Shown here piece after piece: positions 38,611 to 51,794 of a stretch of 64,000 nt of DNA. The notes under the pieces were generated by a model. The model was not told the DNA's origin. It saw nothing but the letters and a program-made list of their open reading frames with translations, and ran no database searches. Both the position numbers and the translations under genes were made by a program. The stretch's first letter is position 1. Each line of letters starts with the position of its first letter. Source of the stretch: Mytilus californianus (taxonomy: Eukaryota); assembly GCF_021869535.1 (NCBI RefSeq), contig NW_026262679.1, forward strand, positions 37,138,001 through 37,202,000, in the 5' to 3' direction.

Positions 38611-38736
38611 TCAGTCGGAATGTGGGCGTTAAATCCAAAGCTTCGTGTAAATAGAGCGCGACGTAATTCTTTTATGAAATTATCCCAGGCAAAAAAAAAC
38701 GCAAAAGTAGGTAAACTTTTTTCAAAAACAAAAGTC

Positions 38737-39715
38737 ATATATAAAAAAGAAGATGTGGTATGATTGCCAATGAGACAACTCTCCACAAGAGACCAAAATG
38801 ACACAGAAATTAACAACTATAGGTCACCGTACGGCCTTCAACAATGAGCAAAGCCCATACCGCACAGTCAGCTATAAAAGGCCCCGAAATGACAATGTAA
38901 AATAATTCAAACGAGAAACTAACGGCCTAATTTATGTACAAAAATGAACGAATAACAAATATGTAACACATAAAAAAAAACGACAACCACTGAATTACAG
39001 GCTCTTGACATGGGACAGGCACATATATACAGAATGTGGCGGGGTTAAACATGTTAGCGGGATCCCAACCCTCCTCCTAACCTGGGACAGTGGTGTAACA
39101 GTACAACATAAGAACGAACTATAACAATCAGTTGAAAGAGGCTTAACTCATCAGATGGATAAAAATACAAATACTACAAATACAAGTGGACGTGGCCGGG
39201 TACTTGTACATCCAAACAACAAAAAGACACTAAGTACAAATCTAAGAGTACTCGCAGTTACTGACAGCTAGTTCAAAGCCACTAACAACTAATAAAAAAA
39301 TCATGCATCTAAGACTAAATTATCAATCCGTACACATCCAACATCCAATGGATTTAGTGTAAAGACGTCATAAACAGATAGAGAAAAACATGACCCTGTG
39401 CAATGCCAAGATACAGGTATCGACAGATTGTAGATCCATGAATGTGTATATGTATATAACAATAATATTTAGTTTGCTTTTAATTTACTGATAACAAAAT
39501 CAATATTAGTACCAATAAAAACAATATTTAATGATCTAATTACAGTGTTGAATTGGTAACCTTTTAGAATAAGTTTATTTAAAAGAACGATAAGTTTACC
39601 AGGATCGTGTCTAAATTTCCAGGCCCGGTAAACAATATTGCCGTAAAAATGAGGATATGCAATCCCGTTTGAAATAAGTTTTCTACAGGTACAACCAAAC
39701 TTCAAAACCAAATCT
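38737..39715 (-). mobile_element. PLE family A: RT C-terminus (ORF 39469-39711) plus ~730-bp 3' region with a decayed twister at 38998-39084
   Basis: LVLKFGCTCRKLISNGIAYPHFYGNIVY...LNKLILKGYQFNTVIRSL is a PLE-type RT tail. Confidence 0.85.
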
Positions 39716-40069
39716 TTATATCTGTGGAAGAATTAAGTAAAGGTTTTAAGTAATTTGTGGTAACGAAATCCCTGGCTTAATAACTTACCAGTAATACATA
39801 GATAACGTTCGTTAGTTGTAACTATTTATTACACAATGATAAAAATCAGCTTAATATTTACATGGAACGCCATTTACATTTGTATATATTTCAAACTAGA
39901 TACATGAAGAAACTCTGGTTCCAATTGTTCTATGGTATAAAGGGAGAAATAATTTTATTTCTTTATCACATACGGAAAGGCAACGGACACCAACGTCAAA
40001 ATGATAAAATATTGATTCGTCCTCTTAAGGTAAGAGAGAGGGAAGGAACATGTTATTTAAAAATCTAAG

Positions 40070-40310
40070 ATACGGTAAAACATGTCGCTTGTGAGTTGAG
40101 ACACCGAGATCGTATCGAGCAATCAATTCGTGATGGTGTCCGTAAAACTTGTGAAGTGTCGATTTCAGCCGATCTCCCCAATAACTGATTTGGAGTTGTT
40201 TTGGAGTTAGCAGCATACACCAGTTACTAAAGTCCGTATAGGTTGAACATGCACGAGCGTAAAGTATTAATTGCGACATGTAAACGCCATGAATCAGATA
40301 TAAAAGGTGA
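40070..40310 (-). mobile_element. PLE RT C-terminal fragment
   Basis: HGVYMSQLILYARACSTYTDF...RLKSTLHKFYGHHHELIARYD. Confidence 0.9.
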
Positions 40311-41499
40311 GAGGGAAAAAGTTTGGTTACTAAACCGATACTTATGCAAATAATCTTTAGAGGTAGTGACAGTTTAGCAGATTGTAGCATGTGTGTTTTA
40401 ATTTCATTTTCCTAAAACGATATCCGTCAAAATTACAATTAAAATATCAACACCATATGTGGCTCTGACAACTAAAGCTAGCGCTGCAGGTGTTTACAAA
40501 GCTTCCCAGAAGACAATACGCAAATGCTACAATGATCTTTCGTGTAATTATTCACATGAAATACTTTGCACAACAGATGCGTGGTAGGAATAAGGATAGA
40601 CATTTGGTGGAAAGAATGGGTAACGGTAGAATTAGAGGCAAACACGCAGACTTAATAAGATACTAATTAAGATGTTCACGCTTTATAAAAAACATATCCA
40701 AATGACTCATACTTGAAGAACAAAATGAACCGCCAGAAATATATATTTATTTTCAGTTTGAGGTTATCAAAGAATAGCGATCGTCATCCCACTTTCAAAG
40801 ACTAAGATGGTCAGTCACTGAAAATAGATTTGACTGGTGCAATAAAATGTCTCAAAATCAACAGAACAAGGTATATATTTGTGAAGCATTTTCAATGATG
40901 AAAAAATTGCACAATCAATTTATTTCTTTCTAAAACTTGATATACTGATATTTTCAAAACAAAACCCTGTCACAATAATTTACATTTACAACAGAATAAT
41001 TACCTTTATCAAAAAGCCTAGAAAGTCAAAATTTGAAAGACAATTCCTAGGTTCACTATCTTTATTGGCAGATTGTGAAATATCCACTGTCTTATTCCTG
41101 TAAGTAGACACTTCTGTAATAAAAGTGTATATCAATTTATGATATCTGTATCCCTGTTGTAGAAGTGTTTTGTTAGATAAATATTGCTTTTATTGATATC
41201 TGAGATATCCCTTCAAAGATGCATATCGAATGAACTGAAAAATGAATGCTCCGTAAGAAGTAGCAAATGAATCATTCCTACTAAGTAAACGAAAATAAAC
41301 AAAATAAAATGAAAAGTAAGTCCTGTTTGAAGATTGGTATGAAGATTATTGCGATATATTGTTAGATCAAGGTCGAAAAAGACAATTACTTTAAACGTTG
41401 GTCTTATTGCGAGTAATTTCAAGGGGAGAAAATAAAATGATGTCACAAGTATTGATTTTATAAAAATCTTGATTATTTCAAGAACACATGTTATGTTAA

Positions 41500-41760
41500 T
41501 ATCTTCAGATATTTCAAAATTCGTTTTTTTTTTATTTGGTCTTTATAAAGGTTAACCGTAAACGACTGCGATTCATAACAGAAAAGGACATATGTGGCAA
41601 GTGTGGCAGAACTAGTCCCAATTGGAACATCAATCAGTTGACGACATACAATATTAACAGGCAAACTGTCGTTTCTACGAACTAAAATTAAACAAGTATT
41701 CTGAGAGTATTGCATGGCAATACATTTGTCCCTACCAGTTAAAAATCCATTGTACTGGAA
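41500..41760 (-). mobile_element. PLE RT core fragment
   Basis: NIVCRQLIDVPIGTSSATLATYVLFCYESQ matches the decayed Q-x-x-G-I-P-M-G-T-N-C-A-P...L-Y-x-Y-E motif. Confidence 0.75.
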
Positions 41761-41889
41761 CAAAATGACCAAAAAAGTGCGAAAAACTGATTACTTGCAT
41801 GAATTTTCTAAGTTCAAAAAAAGGACAATAACGATGCACAAAATCATCAGACCGGAACAAAATTCAAAATTCATCTGTAACTAGTCATG

Positions 41890-43245
41890 ATAAATAAAGG
41901 CAACAGTAGTATACCGCTGTTCAAAAGTCATAATTTGAGCAAAAACAAATCCGGGTAACAAACTGACACCGAGGGAAACACATCAACTATAAGAGGAAAA
42001 CAACGGAACAACAGAAGCAAACGCCAACATACATAGAAACGCACTGTCTTATAACAACTGTCATATTCCTGACTTGGTACAGGACAATTTAAGAAAAAAT
42101 GATAGGTTGAGCATAGTTTTATGGCTAGCCAAACCTCCCGCTTATATGGCAATGTTAAAAATACCGCTAAAATGACAACACTGCGTGACAGGAATACAGT
42201 ACAAACAATCTCAAGAACACTCAGCACAGAGAAATACATAAATAAATAATATAATAGTACATTACAACATGTAAACCGCAGAATAACAACGGACACATCC
42301 CATGAATTTACGACAGCGCATCAGGACACCACAAACGAAATATAAACTGCACGTCACAAAAAGTGACATACTTCATGTCACGTTTATATTATCACAGGTA
42401 AATTTCTAAAAATAAAATAGATGTGGTTTATTTAAAAACAGTTACATGAATATTTAATTGGGATTGATGACTAGAATATTAAAATGGAATTGTGATTGTA
42501 ATGGTGTTACTATTTGTATTTTCTAACCATGTCGGTTTTTCTTCTTAATCACAACTGTGTATAAACAAAAGAATCCTGTGCATGTAGTTGCTTTAAACTT
42601 AAAATCATATAAATGAAGTAGCTGATTTTTTATCTTAACTTTTACATACATATAGAAAATGAAAATAAAATAACTGTTATATAAGGCAAGATCGTGTAAA
42701 ACCAAACAGTAAACACACATGAAAACAAACAACATAAAACAAAAACCCTGTAGACGAACCACGAGTAACTCGATTATACTGACAAATAAGACGTAGGTGA
42801 AATGTACCGAAAATACAGACTTCAAACAATAAACGAAATAAACCGACAACTCAGCAGAAAATGACCTACCGTACCCACACGTATAAGAACGTAACAACAA
42901 AATGCCCGAAAGCGGGATATATACATACCGAACCACGTTGTCTCCAACAGCGAACATAAGACATAACAAAATCTCTAACAGGACTTACAAAAGAAACATC
43001 ATAACTAAATACATGAATGTTGGATATATAAATACCGAGACACGTCGTATAGCAATGCGAATTCACACTCAGCAAAACAGTCATATTCGGGAATAGGTCA
43101 CGTTCGGTACTAAGCAGACCTGACGACGTAGATGGTAAAACACAATCTAAGACGTGGTAAAAATGTCGTTAGTTAATTTAGACACAGACATATCGTATAG
43201 ATCAACCAATTCGTGATGGTGTCCATAAAATTTACGGAGTGTCAC
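41890..43245 (-). mobile_element. PLE family C: RT C-terminus plus ~1.2-kb 3' region with a twister at about 42060-42150
   Basis: LRKFYGHHHELVDLYDMSVSKLTNDIFTTS* at about 43245-43155, then a unique 3' region ending in the family C repeat. Confidence 0.8.
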
Positions 43246-43261
43246 TTTTTATCTGCATACT

Positions 43262-43565
43262 CAATAGCAAATCAAAATCTTCAACATGACGAGAAAAGGT
43301 GAGAAAAACTGATTACTTGCGTGAATTTTCTAAGTCCAAGGACCATTACTCTTAACAAAATCATCAGACCGGAACAAAATTCAATCTTCTTCTGTAACTT
43401 GTCATGATAAAACTATTAATAAAATATCAAATCAAAATCTTCAAGCACAAAGAAAAAAGTGTGGAAAACTGATGTGCCGGACTGACGACGGACGGACAGA
43501 CATACGGACGGATAGAGTGCAAACTTAAGGTCCCCCTTCGACTTTACCGTTAGGGGACTAAGAAA
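43262..43565 (+). mobile_element. HINE-like element, 3' part
   Basis: GACG microsatellite, terminal hairpin GTCCCC...GGGGAC, A-run; partial copy at 41770-41890. Confidence 0.6.
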
Positions 43566-43587
43566 AAGAGACCATCGTTCAAATTAA

Positions 43588-45030
43588 GGGGCACTCTACA
43601 CTTTGACTAAAATAGATTTGGCTCGTTTAATTTTCACTAAATTTTGAAAAAATATTAACTTTGACCTAGTGACCAAGATATAAAAATTTCAAGAAATTTG
43701 AACAACACTACTTACAGGAATTATTTCGTTGGATGTATAGCAGGTTGAAACACATTAATTTTGATCACTAAGAAGCTTGATTTCTCTTTATTCATAGTAT
43801 GTGATTACAACGTTCAGCTGATTTTTTAAAGAGTTAATTCCCTTAGGTGCTCTGTAAAAAATTACGAAATTTATATGAAAAACGAAATTCATATCAAAAA
43901 TAAAATTACCCAGTTGATTTTCCTCAAGTGCTAACGAAACCGTCAGTATTTTATAGGGTGGCTATTTTTTCGGATATAAATGTATCAATGGAGGCAAAAC
44001 GCATACAAAACATTCACAAGAAATCGACGAAATCATTGATACTAGACTGTATGATTTGTATGTTCTACTACAACAGAGATCTATTCACATGCACGGACAG
44101 GTTTTGGCTATTGACCCCTCTTTGTTCTGCAGTGCTTGTCGATCCGTTTCGAGGGCGTGAAATTAAGACTTTAGGTCACTGGAAAATGAGGGCACATTGA
44201 AGAGGGCAAAACATTTGCCTTGCAACAGGACACCAAACAGTTGTTGCAAGGCTCTTTAGTGTGCAGAGAACGAGGTACAATTCATAAAGAGTCAATAGAA
44301 ATAATAGAGCCACATACACTTTGACTAAAATAGATTTGGCTCGTTTAATTTTCATAAAATTTTGAAAAAATATTTACTTTGACCTAGTGACCAAGATATC
44401 AAAATTTCAAGAAATTTGAACAACAAACTACTTACAGGAATTATTTCGTTGGATGTATAGCAGGTTGACACACATTAATTTTGATCATTGAGAAGCTTGA
44501 TTTCTCTCTATTAATAGTATGTGATTACAACGTTCAGCTGATTTTTGAAAGAGTTAATTCCCTTAAGTGCTCTGTATAAAATTACGAAATTTATATAAAA
44601 AACGAAATTTATATAAAAAATAAAATCACCCAATTGATTTTCCTCAAGTGCACACGAAACCGTCAGTATGTCATAGGGTGGTTATTTTTTGGGATATAAA
44701 TGTATCAATGGAGGCAAAACGCATACAAAACATTCACAAGCAATCGACGAAATCATTGATACTAGACTGTATGATTCGTATGTTCTACTACAACAGAGAT
44801 CCATTCACATGCAGGTTTTGGCTATGGACCCCCCTTTTTTCTGCAGTGCTTGTCGATCCGTTTCGAGGGCGTGAAATGTAGACTTTAGTTCACTGGAAAA
44901 TGAGGGCACATTGAAGAGGGCAAAACATTTGCCTTGCAACAGGACACCAAACAGTTGTTGCAAGGGTCTTTAGTTTGCAGAGAACGAGGTACAATTCATA
45001 AAGAGTCAATAGAAATAATTGAGCCAAATA
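43588..45030. repeat. 719-bp tandem duplication (MITE remnant plus SINE-like fragment)
   Basis: TACACTTTGACTAAAATAG at 43597 and 44316; colinear throughout. Confidence 0.95.
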
Positions 45031-45593
45031 CAATTTAATTATGTATTAGTTTGTTATAATAAGCCTGGAAATTGACGATGTTGAATATTTCTTTGTTGCA
45101 ATTGTCCATCCAATGAATTGTTTCATAGTAAACAGACAATGAAGGCGGTTATTATTTATTAAATTACAGTTTAAGGAACAGGACAAGAGATAGCAACAAA
45201 TACTTGACAAATGATTATATCAGTAAGAATTAATTTCATCTATTTAACATATTTTTTAATATAAATGAAATTATTTATTGCTTCGTTTTAGATGAGTGTA
45301 TTGACACTGGTCTGGTAAAACTCAAATCTTGTCTTTATTGGAAATATTTACCAACGTCCTTCAACTGTTCTGTTGATTGCAACACAAGGTTAGCTTTAAT
45401 AGTTAAATTCGAGCTAAATCAATTATGTGTAAGTAACTTTGTTTCATTTAATACCTACATCGTGATTAACATATAGATATCTGCATCAGTTTAAAAGCAT
45501 GTAATTCTACTTAAAGAGCATAACATTTTCATATTTTAGCTCCCTCCTCCTTTACTCCGTACTTTATTTGGCCTCTTAAACTTTTGATTCGAG

Positions 45594-45635
45594 CGTCATT
45601 GATGAGTCTTTTGTAGAAGAGACACCCGTCTGACA
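45594..45635 (+). ncRNA. Heavily decayed hammerhead (GTCT/AGAC type)
   Basis: CGTCA-TTGATGA-GTCT-TTTGT-AGAA-GAGA-CACCCG-TC-TGACA; same flanks as 36754. Confidence 0.6.
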
Positions 45636-46689
45636 TACAGAATTATAATCCTGGTATTTTTGATGAGTACTTTTGACAGTCGACTGTATTTAAGTATTTT
45701 CATTATTGTGTATTTCCTTAAATTATTTTTTAAAGATTATTTTAATTATTGATAGTGTTATGGAATGCACTTTTTATTGCTCTGTAGAGTTGGGACGGAC
45801 TTGCACATTCAAAGATTTACGCTTCAGGAATGAAATAAAGATTTCATTTTTTTTGTAATAGCTGATATTTGAAAAAATCTGACTTCTCATTGGATAATAT
45901 AATTAATTTCACGATTCTTACATGACATACAGCTAACATATTTAATAGAAACTGGATTCTCTAAACGACGAAACACTAAATCAATATATATTGTTTTATT
46001 ATCAGACAGACAGATAGATTATACAAATGATACATGTACAGACTGTCTGTCTGTAACGCCAATCACTTTTAAGGGGAAAATACAACCGAGAAGAGTTCCA
46101 ATCCAAATGTTAAGTAACACTGGCAAGGTTTAAAAAATTGATGTATAATACATCCACGTAAGGCGATATTGATTTATAAAAAAAAATAATTGTTGCCTAG
46201 AGAAATATCAATATATCTATAAGTATTTCTAATTGGGACAATTGGATTACTGGTTTTATACTTTTCGTGATTCACATTAACATAATTGGATGTCAAAATA
46301 ATAAACCGATAATAATAATAATGATGACGATGATCATGTATAAATAAACGTCTCGCTAAACAAAATGAATAAAAAATTGCTGTGATAGATTTTTTGTCAT
46401 AACAAGAAAAATGACAATGGATAAGACATAAGTTTTTAAATTACAAAGTCTTTTCCAATACAGCATAATCATTACCTTCAACAATATAAGGCAAAGTACA
46501 ACTGACACAGAAATAAATTATATTTGAAAAGAACAAAAGATTAAAAACTTATTCAAGGCAAATATGAAGGGTATGAGGAATGAGAATTCCTATACACGGC
46601 TGTTATGAGTATTCATATTTTTAAGATACGTTTTATTTCTAATCTATCCAAAAATTTGATTTCACAAGTGATGGCAAAAAAAATACCAA

Positions 46690-46960
46690 AGTGACATTCA
46701 AACTTATAAGTCGAAAATAAACTGACAACGCCATGGCAAAAAACGAAAATGATCACCAAAAGACAAACAACAGTATACAAAACACAACATACAAAACTAA
46801 ATACTGAGCTTCACGAACTACACCAAAAACTGGTTGTGATCTCAGGGGCTCTTAAAGGGTAAGCAGATTCTGCTTCCCATGTGGCATCCGTCGTGTTGCT
46901 CATATAAGTACAAACCCGGTGATAAGTATAATTCGGTAGGTCACATTCGAAGAAAAGAGG
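46690..46960 (-). repeat. Family D repeat (further copies at 34480-34640, 37200-37340 and, on the plus strand, 47470-47710)
   Basis: Shared CTGCTTACCCTT...CACCTGAGATCA...GTGTTGCTCAGT...TATGAGTTTGA core; follows PLE RT at 28470. Confidence 0.75.
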
Positions 46961-48038
46961 ACGGTATATTTTGATATTTTATATTGTGTAAAAGAATGTG
47001 GTGCATTCATTAATGGCACATAACACCGTAATTGAAATTAACACCCCCTCCCAACCCCCCGAAAAAAAGAAAAAAAAAGGAACAATTTTCCAGTTGAGAT
47101 TTGATTTGACTGATGTCTAGGTTAATCGGTCTGCAATCATCCTTGATTGATAACGTGACCTTTCAGTATATAATTCCCTATAAAAACTTACATCCGGACT
47201 AACGATAAATCCACAGCTAAATTAATAACAAAGTTTCTGTCTATTATCTTAAAGTCGCACCTAGACCTTCAATACCGACCAAAGCTTACGAATCACTGCA
47301 AGTTCAAGAAAGCCTCTAGCATCAGTTTGGTAGATGTCGACCATGCTTCATAGAATATGTACATGACCGACGGTTTATGAATTTGGTGATACATAATGAT
47401 TAGATAAAGAGTCAATTACGAATCCACTATTGTGTGATGCATAATCACTTGATATAAAGTATCAACGTTTTTTATAGGAGTTACACGACAGGTGTCACAT
47501 GTGTAGAAGGATCTGCTTACCCTTCCGGATCACCTGAGATCATCCCCAGTTTTTGGTGGGATTTGTGTTGCTCAGTCTTTAGTTTTCTTTGTTGTGTTTT
47601 ATGCACTTTTGTTTGTCTATTGGTCTTTTTTTTGCCATGTCGCCGTCAGTTTATTTTCGACTTATGAGTTTGAATGTCCCTTTGGTATATGTCGCCTCTC
47701 TTATCAATTTAACACCGTAGCTAAATCTTTGAATTTTGTTTCTTATCGGTTTTAACAGTGATTGGTTTCTTTTTGAAAAATTAAATCATGATAAATAACT
47801 GTAATGTTATATATGTACATTCAAGAGTACTCATGATCCTACATTCTGTTGATACCGTTTACTTATATTTTGGCATTGCACAAGGCCATGCGTTTCTGAA
47901 ACTGTTCATGACGTCTTTCCTAAATCCACTGGATGTGTGTTAATTGATACTTAAGACTGGGAGAACATGATTTATTTATAAGTTGTAATTGTTTTTGAAC
48001 TAGCTTTTAGTAACTGCGAGTACTCTTAGATCGGTGCT

Positions 48039-49904
48039 CAGGAGCGGATCCAGGATTTTGGAAAGGGGGGGCGTAGTATTAAAGTTCGGCGAGCGGACCT
48101 TTTTTTGGCTAAAAAACATAAAATAAGTGTAAAATGCATTTTATAGTTAAAGTGTAGGGGTTGGAAATTTTTGGTGCCGTATTCTCTCCATCAATTGTCT
48201 ATTATGAAATGATTGGATGGATCCAAAGCTATGAACTAATTAATATATTTGATGTGGGATTAAGTTGTCAGTAAAAAAAGGACATGGAAAATTCTCGTTT
48301 GTTGTATGGTTAGTTAGCATAACCTCACAGATTTCTTGTTGTAAACAAGATTTACGGCTATTCAATGAAATTTACAATACGACCGACACGAAGAAAGACA
48401 AACAAGCAATTTTCATCCAAATGTTTGGTTGAAATGTTTTACCCAACAAGAGAAGTGAGGGGTTCCAAATCAACCAAAGGCTACGAATTAGTCGGAAATG
48501 ACAATGAAGTTGTGAATGACGGTCGACACATGGAGACATATAGGCCACACCCAGCAGGCAGGTTGCAGTCGGGCCTTGAAAAAAGTATTCAGTATATCAG
48601 TTCGGCGAAACAGACATTCCGGTCAGATATGGGATTCACATGCAACCCCCAAAACAAAAACAATTACGCCCGTTTTTTATTCATCATGTTCATTTAATGC
48701 TAAATAATTCTGTTGAAAATATTTTTTTCTATTAGCAAAAAAGTGGACAAGATTATTGTTTTCAATCCAGATTCGGCCAGAATTTTTGTTTAAGGCAAAA
48801 ATCAGGGTCAAAATTTTTTCTCTAAAATATCTCAGACTGCCCCCTCAGATCAAATGGTCCGTACCTTAGACTTTAAATCTATATCTAGAGCTTACTGACT
48901 GGGGATCACTATTCAGCAATGTTATTAATAGGCTGGGGCGTGTGGGGTTAAACATGTTTTCGTAGGTAAACAATATTGCTGTGGAACTTTTTTTCATGAG
49001 AGTGTAATAGAGTATTACTTTCTGTTGGGTGGGATTGTGAAGTAGAAGTCAATACGTTCTTGCTCAATACTTTGTCGCTTTGAAGGCGTCATCCTCAGCC
49101 TAAGCAATGTGTTAATGTAATTTGAATTTCAAAATGACTGAGTGACGTGACTGAGTGACGTTTTTTTCGACGAACTGGTCAACTCCACCGTAGAGAATCA
49201 CATGACTTTGACATAATCAATAATATATTACAGTAAATACGAGCGAAAAATATCTTTATAAGGGGTCATCCATAATTGTCAACCATTTTCCAAAGTGTAC
49301 AAAACGTACACTTGGGGGCAGGGGGTTAAAAAATCAATATTTTTACCGTACGCTTTTTTTTTATTTCCGGAATGCTTGATTGCTTGCTTTCAGTGTAATT
49401 TCTTGGTATATAATCTGCGTGTAAATGCATCTATCCCATTCATTAAAACCAACAAAACAACAAAATGGTATCTTTATACTCTTTATTCTGACAAAACACA
49501 AGCATCACAGATGATGTCATCAAATAAAACAGTCAAATATGTTTCAGTTTATTTTCAATGCAAATTTCTATAGTAAACTAAACTATATTAGACAGGATCT
49601 TCTTATTATTAAGAAAAATAGTGATTCTTGTCTTGAAATCTGAAAATGGTTGATGTACACTTTTGGAGGGAGGGTGGGGGGTCTGAAAAAGTGTATCATG
49701 TGTTTTGTACACTTTGGAAAATTGTTGACAATTATGGATGACCCCTAAGTAAAGAATTTTCGCATGAAAATTAAATACACGGGAAATGGCAAAGTTTACG
49801 AAGTCTAGTCTGATTAATCATTTTACAAAAAAAAAGTGCAAGCAAAGGGGGGGGGGGGGGGGGGGGGCGTACGCCCTCTACGCCCCCCTCTGGATCCGCC
49901 ACTG
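48039..49904. mobile_element. 1.87-kb TIR element with a 5-bp target duplication, inserted into a family A copy
   Basis: TIR CAGGAGCGGATCCAG / CTGGATCCGCCACTG; GTGCT at 48034-48038 and 49905-49909; family A sequence (47830-48038) resumes after 49905 and runs to about 50372. Confidence 0.8.
49262..49745. mobile_element. PIF/Harbinger-like MITE
   Basis: 44-bp TIR GGGGTCATCCATAATTGTCAAC... with one mismatch; TAA at 49259-49261 and 49746-49748. Confidence 0.9.
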
Positions 49905-50864
49905 GTGCTTTATGTCTTAATGTTATTTTTTTGTGTGCATCGTACCGATTTATTGAGTTCAGCCATTTGCAAGTGATTTTAACAGAAGGTGTAACAGTTT
50001 GTTCTTGTGTTGTGCTGTTACACTTCTGTCCATGGTTAGAGAGGGTTGAACGCTCACAAACATGTTTAAACCCTCTACATTCCTTATGTGCATGTCCCAA
50101 GTGTGGAGCCTGGTAATTAAGTTATTGTTGGTCCATATCTGTCATATACGTCTTTCGTAAATTGTATTGTTATAAATAAGGCCGTTAGTTTTCTCGTTTG
50201 CTTTGTTTCACATACCTAATGTCGGGGCCTTTTAAAGGTGACTATACGATATGTTTTTTTTTTCTCGTTATGAAGTCTGAACGGTAATCTATAATTGCTT
50301 ATATCTACGTCCTTTGAAATCTGGCAGATAATTGTATAATTGACAATCATACATCATTTCCTTATTTTTAAATAAAGAGCAAAGAAATCTAACAAATACT
50401 TTCATATCTTTCCCGACAATCTCATTGTAAAAACACAGAAACAAAAAAAATCTTAAAATAATCACACGGCACATCAAAATATTTATTAGAAAATAATGTA
50501 TGATTAGGGCAAATAATTAGGATCCGGTCGAAATAGATAAAAAAAGGGAGTAGTTCGAATTGCGAAGTTATCTCAAAAATAAAATTACAACTTTTATCGA
50601 TAAATGTTAACACTTTTATGTAAGAAATTATCTGTTTCCTACATGATTTTATCCTTTGTACAAAATTATGTCCATATTCAATCGTAGGTAAAAGATAAAA
50701 TTGTGAATTTTGTTTTCTCTACAGAAATTCTTATAAGCATAATAAAGACTGCAGACAATCATACTAAAGTGCAATAAATTCATCATTAATGTCACAAATA
50801 AAACACGAAAAAAAAATCTTTGAAAAATATTCGAGTTAATGAAAAAAATGAAAACAGCACGTTA

Positions 50865-51212
50865 CAAATTTCATGCGTCCGAAGCGCTTTTCTGGATTAA
50901 CCTTCATCAAGAACGGTAAAAGCTGAAACAGTTGAAGAGCTATATGACCAAAAAGGACCTAAAAATAGCAAAATCTATCTAAGGTCAACTTTGCCAGAGG
51001 CAGTTGAAACCTTAGTTTCTTATAATTTCAAAATTTATTAACGGACAATTTTAGAAAGGTTTGTTGTAAATCATGTCAGTACCGAAGTACTGACTACTGA
51101 GATGATGATACTCTCGGGAACTTATAGTCCACCAGCAGAGGTATCGACCCAGTGCTGTAAAAAATGAAAACAACAGATCATAAATTTTATGCGTCCGAAG
51201 CGCTTTTCTGGA
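50865..51212 (-). mobile_element. Retrozyme-like repeat, 316-bp unit, with a variant hammerhead at 50876-50915
   Basis: CGTTC-TTGATGA-AGGTTAATCCA-GAAA-AGCGCT-TC-GGACG; the 3' half of the motif recurs 316 bp away (51189-51212). Confidence 0.7.
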
Positions 51213-51794
51213 AAATAGTAAGTGCCTTTTGAATAAAAACAGAAGGAAAACTAGAAAAGAAAGAAACACGTAATCAGATTTACGTAGTAAAACATTTGTC
51301 ACTTAAAAGTAATCAGTATCATCATGATCATAATTATTGCAATTTATCATTAGTAGTCTTTATGATGTTTGAATATCGTATAGACGTATTTTTCTACGAA
51401 AATCTGTGTAAAATGGAACGGTCTACCGATTCGTTTTGAAACGAATTTCAAGAAAGTATAAAAAAAAATATACATGTATTATAATTTGTAATACATTAAT
51501 GTACATTTCAAAGAAAATCCTCGCATTCATTTCCACTTTTGCAAATTTACACGAGGAAAGTATTAACATTGCAAGAAATGGTACAGTTAGTCTCCTTTAT
51601 TTAGCAAATATATTTTCAGTCTAAGGTATTTTTACGAAAACATAAAAACTATTGTAACGTTGAATGAGGGATCACTCACCAAATAAAATTTTACCCCCCC
51701 CCCCCCCCCCCCCCCCTCCATGTAAATATACTTATCCCAAATCTGTAATTTTTTTGATGCCCTTTCGGCATTTTCTGTTTTGGTTTGCTAAAAA

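Noticed and set aside
39120-39160. CTGATGA in family A as a hammerhead or box C/D motif
   Set aside because: No GAAA or stem III follows the putative stem II; the C/D-like pairing is too short to support.
47480-47570. HDV-like ribozyme in family D
   Set aside because: Several hairpins are possible, but I could not build the nested double pseudoknot or place the catalytic C.
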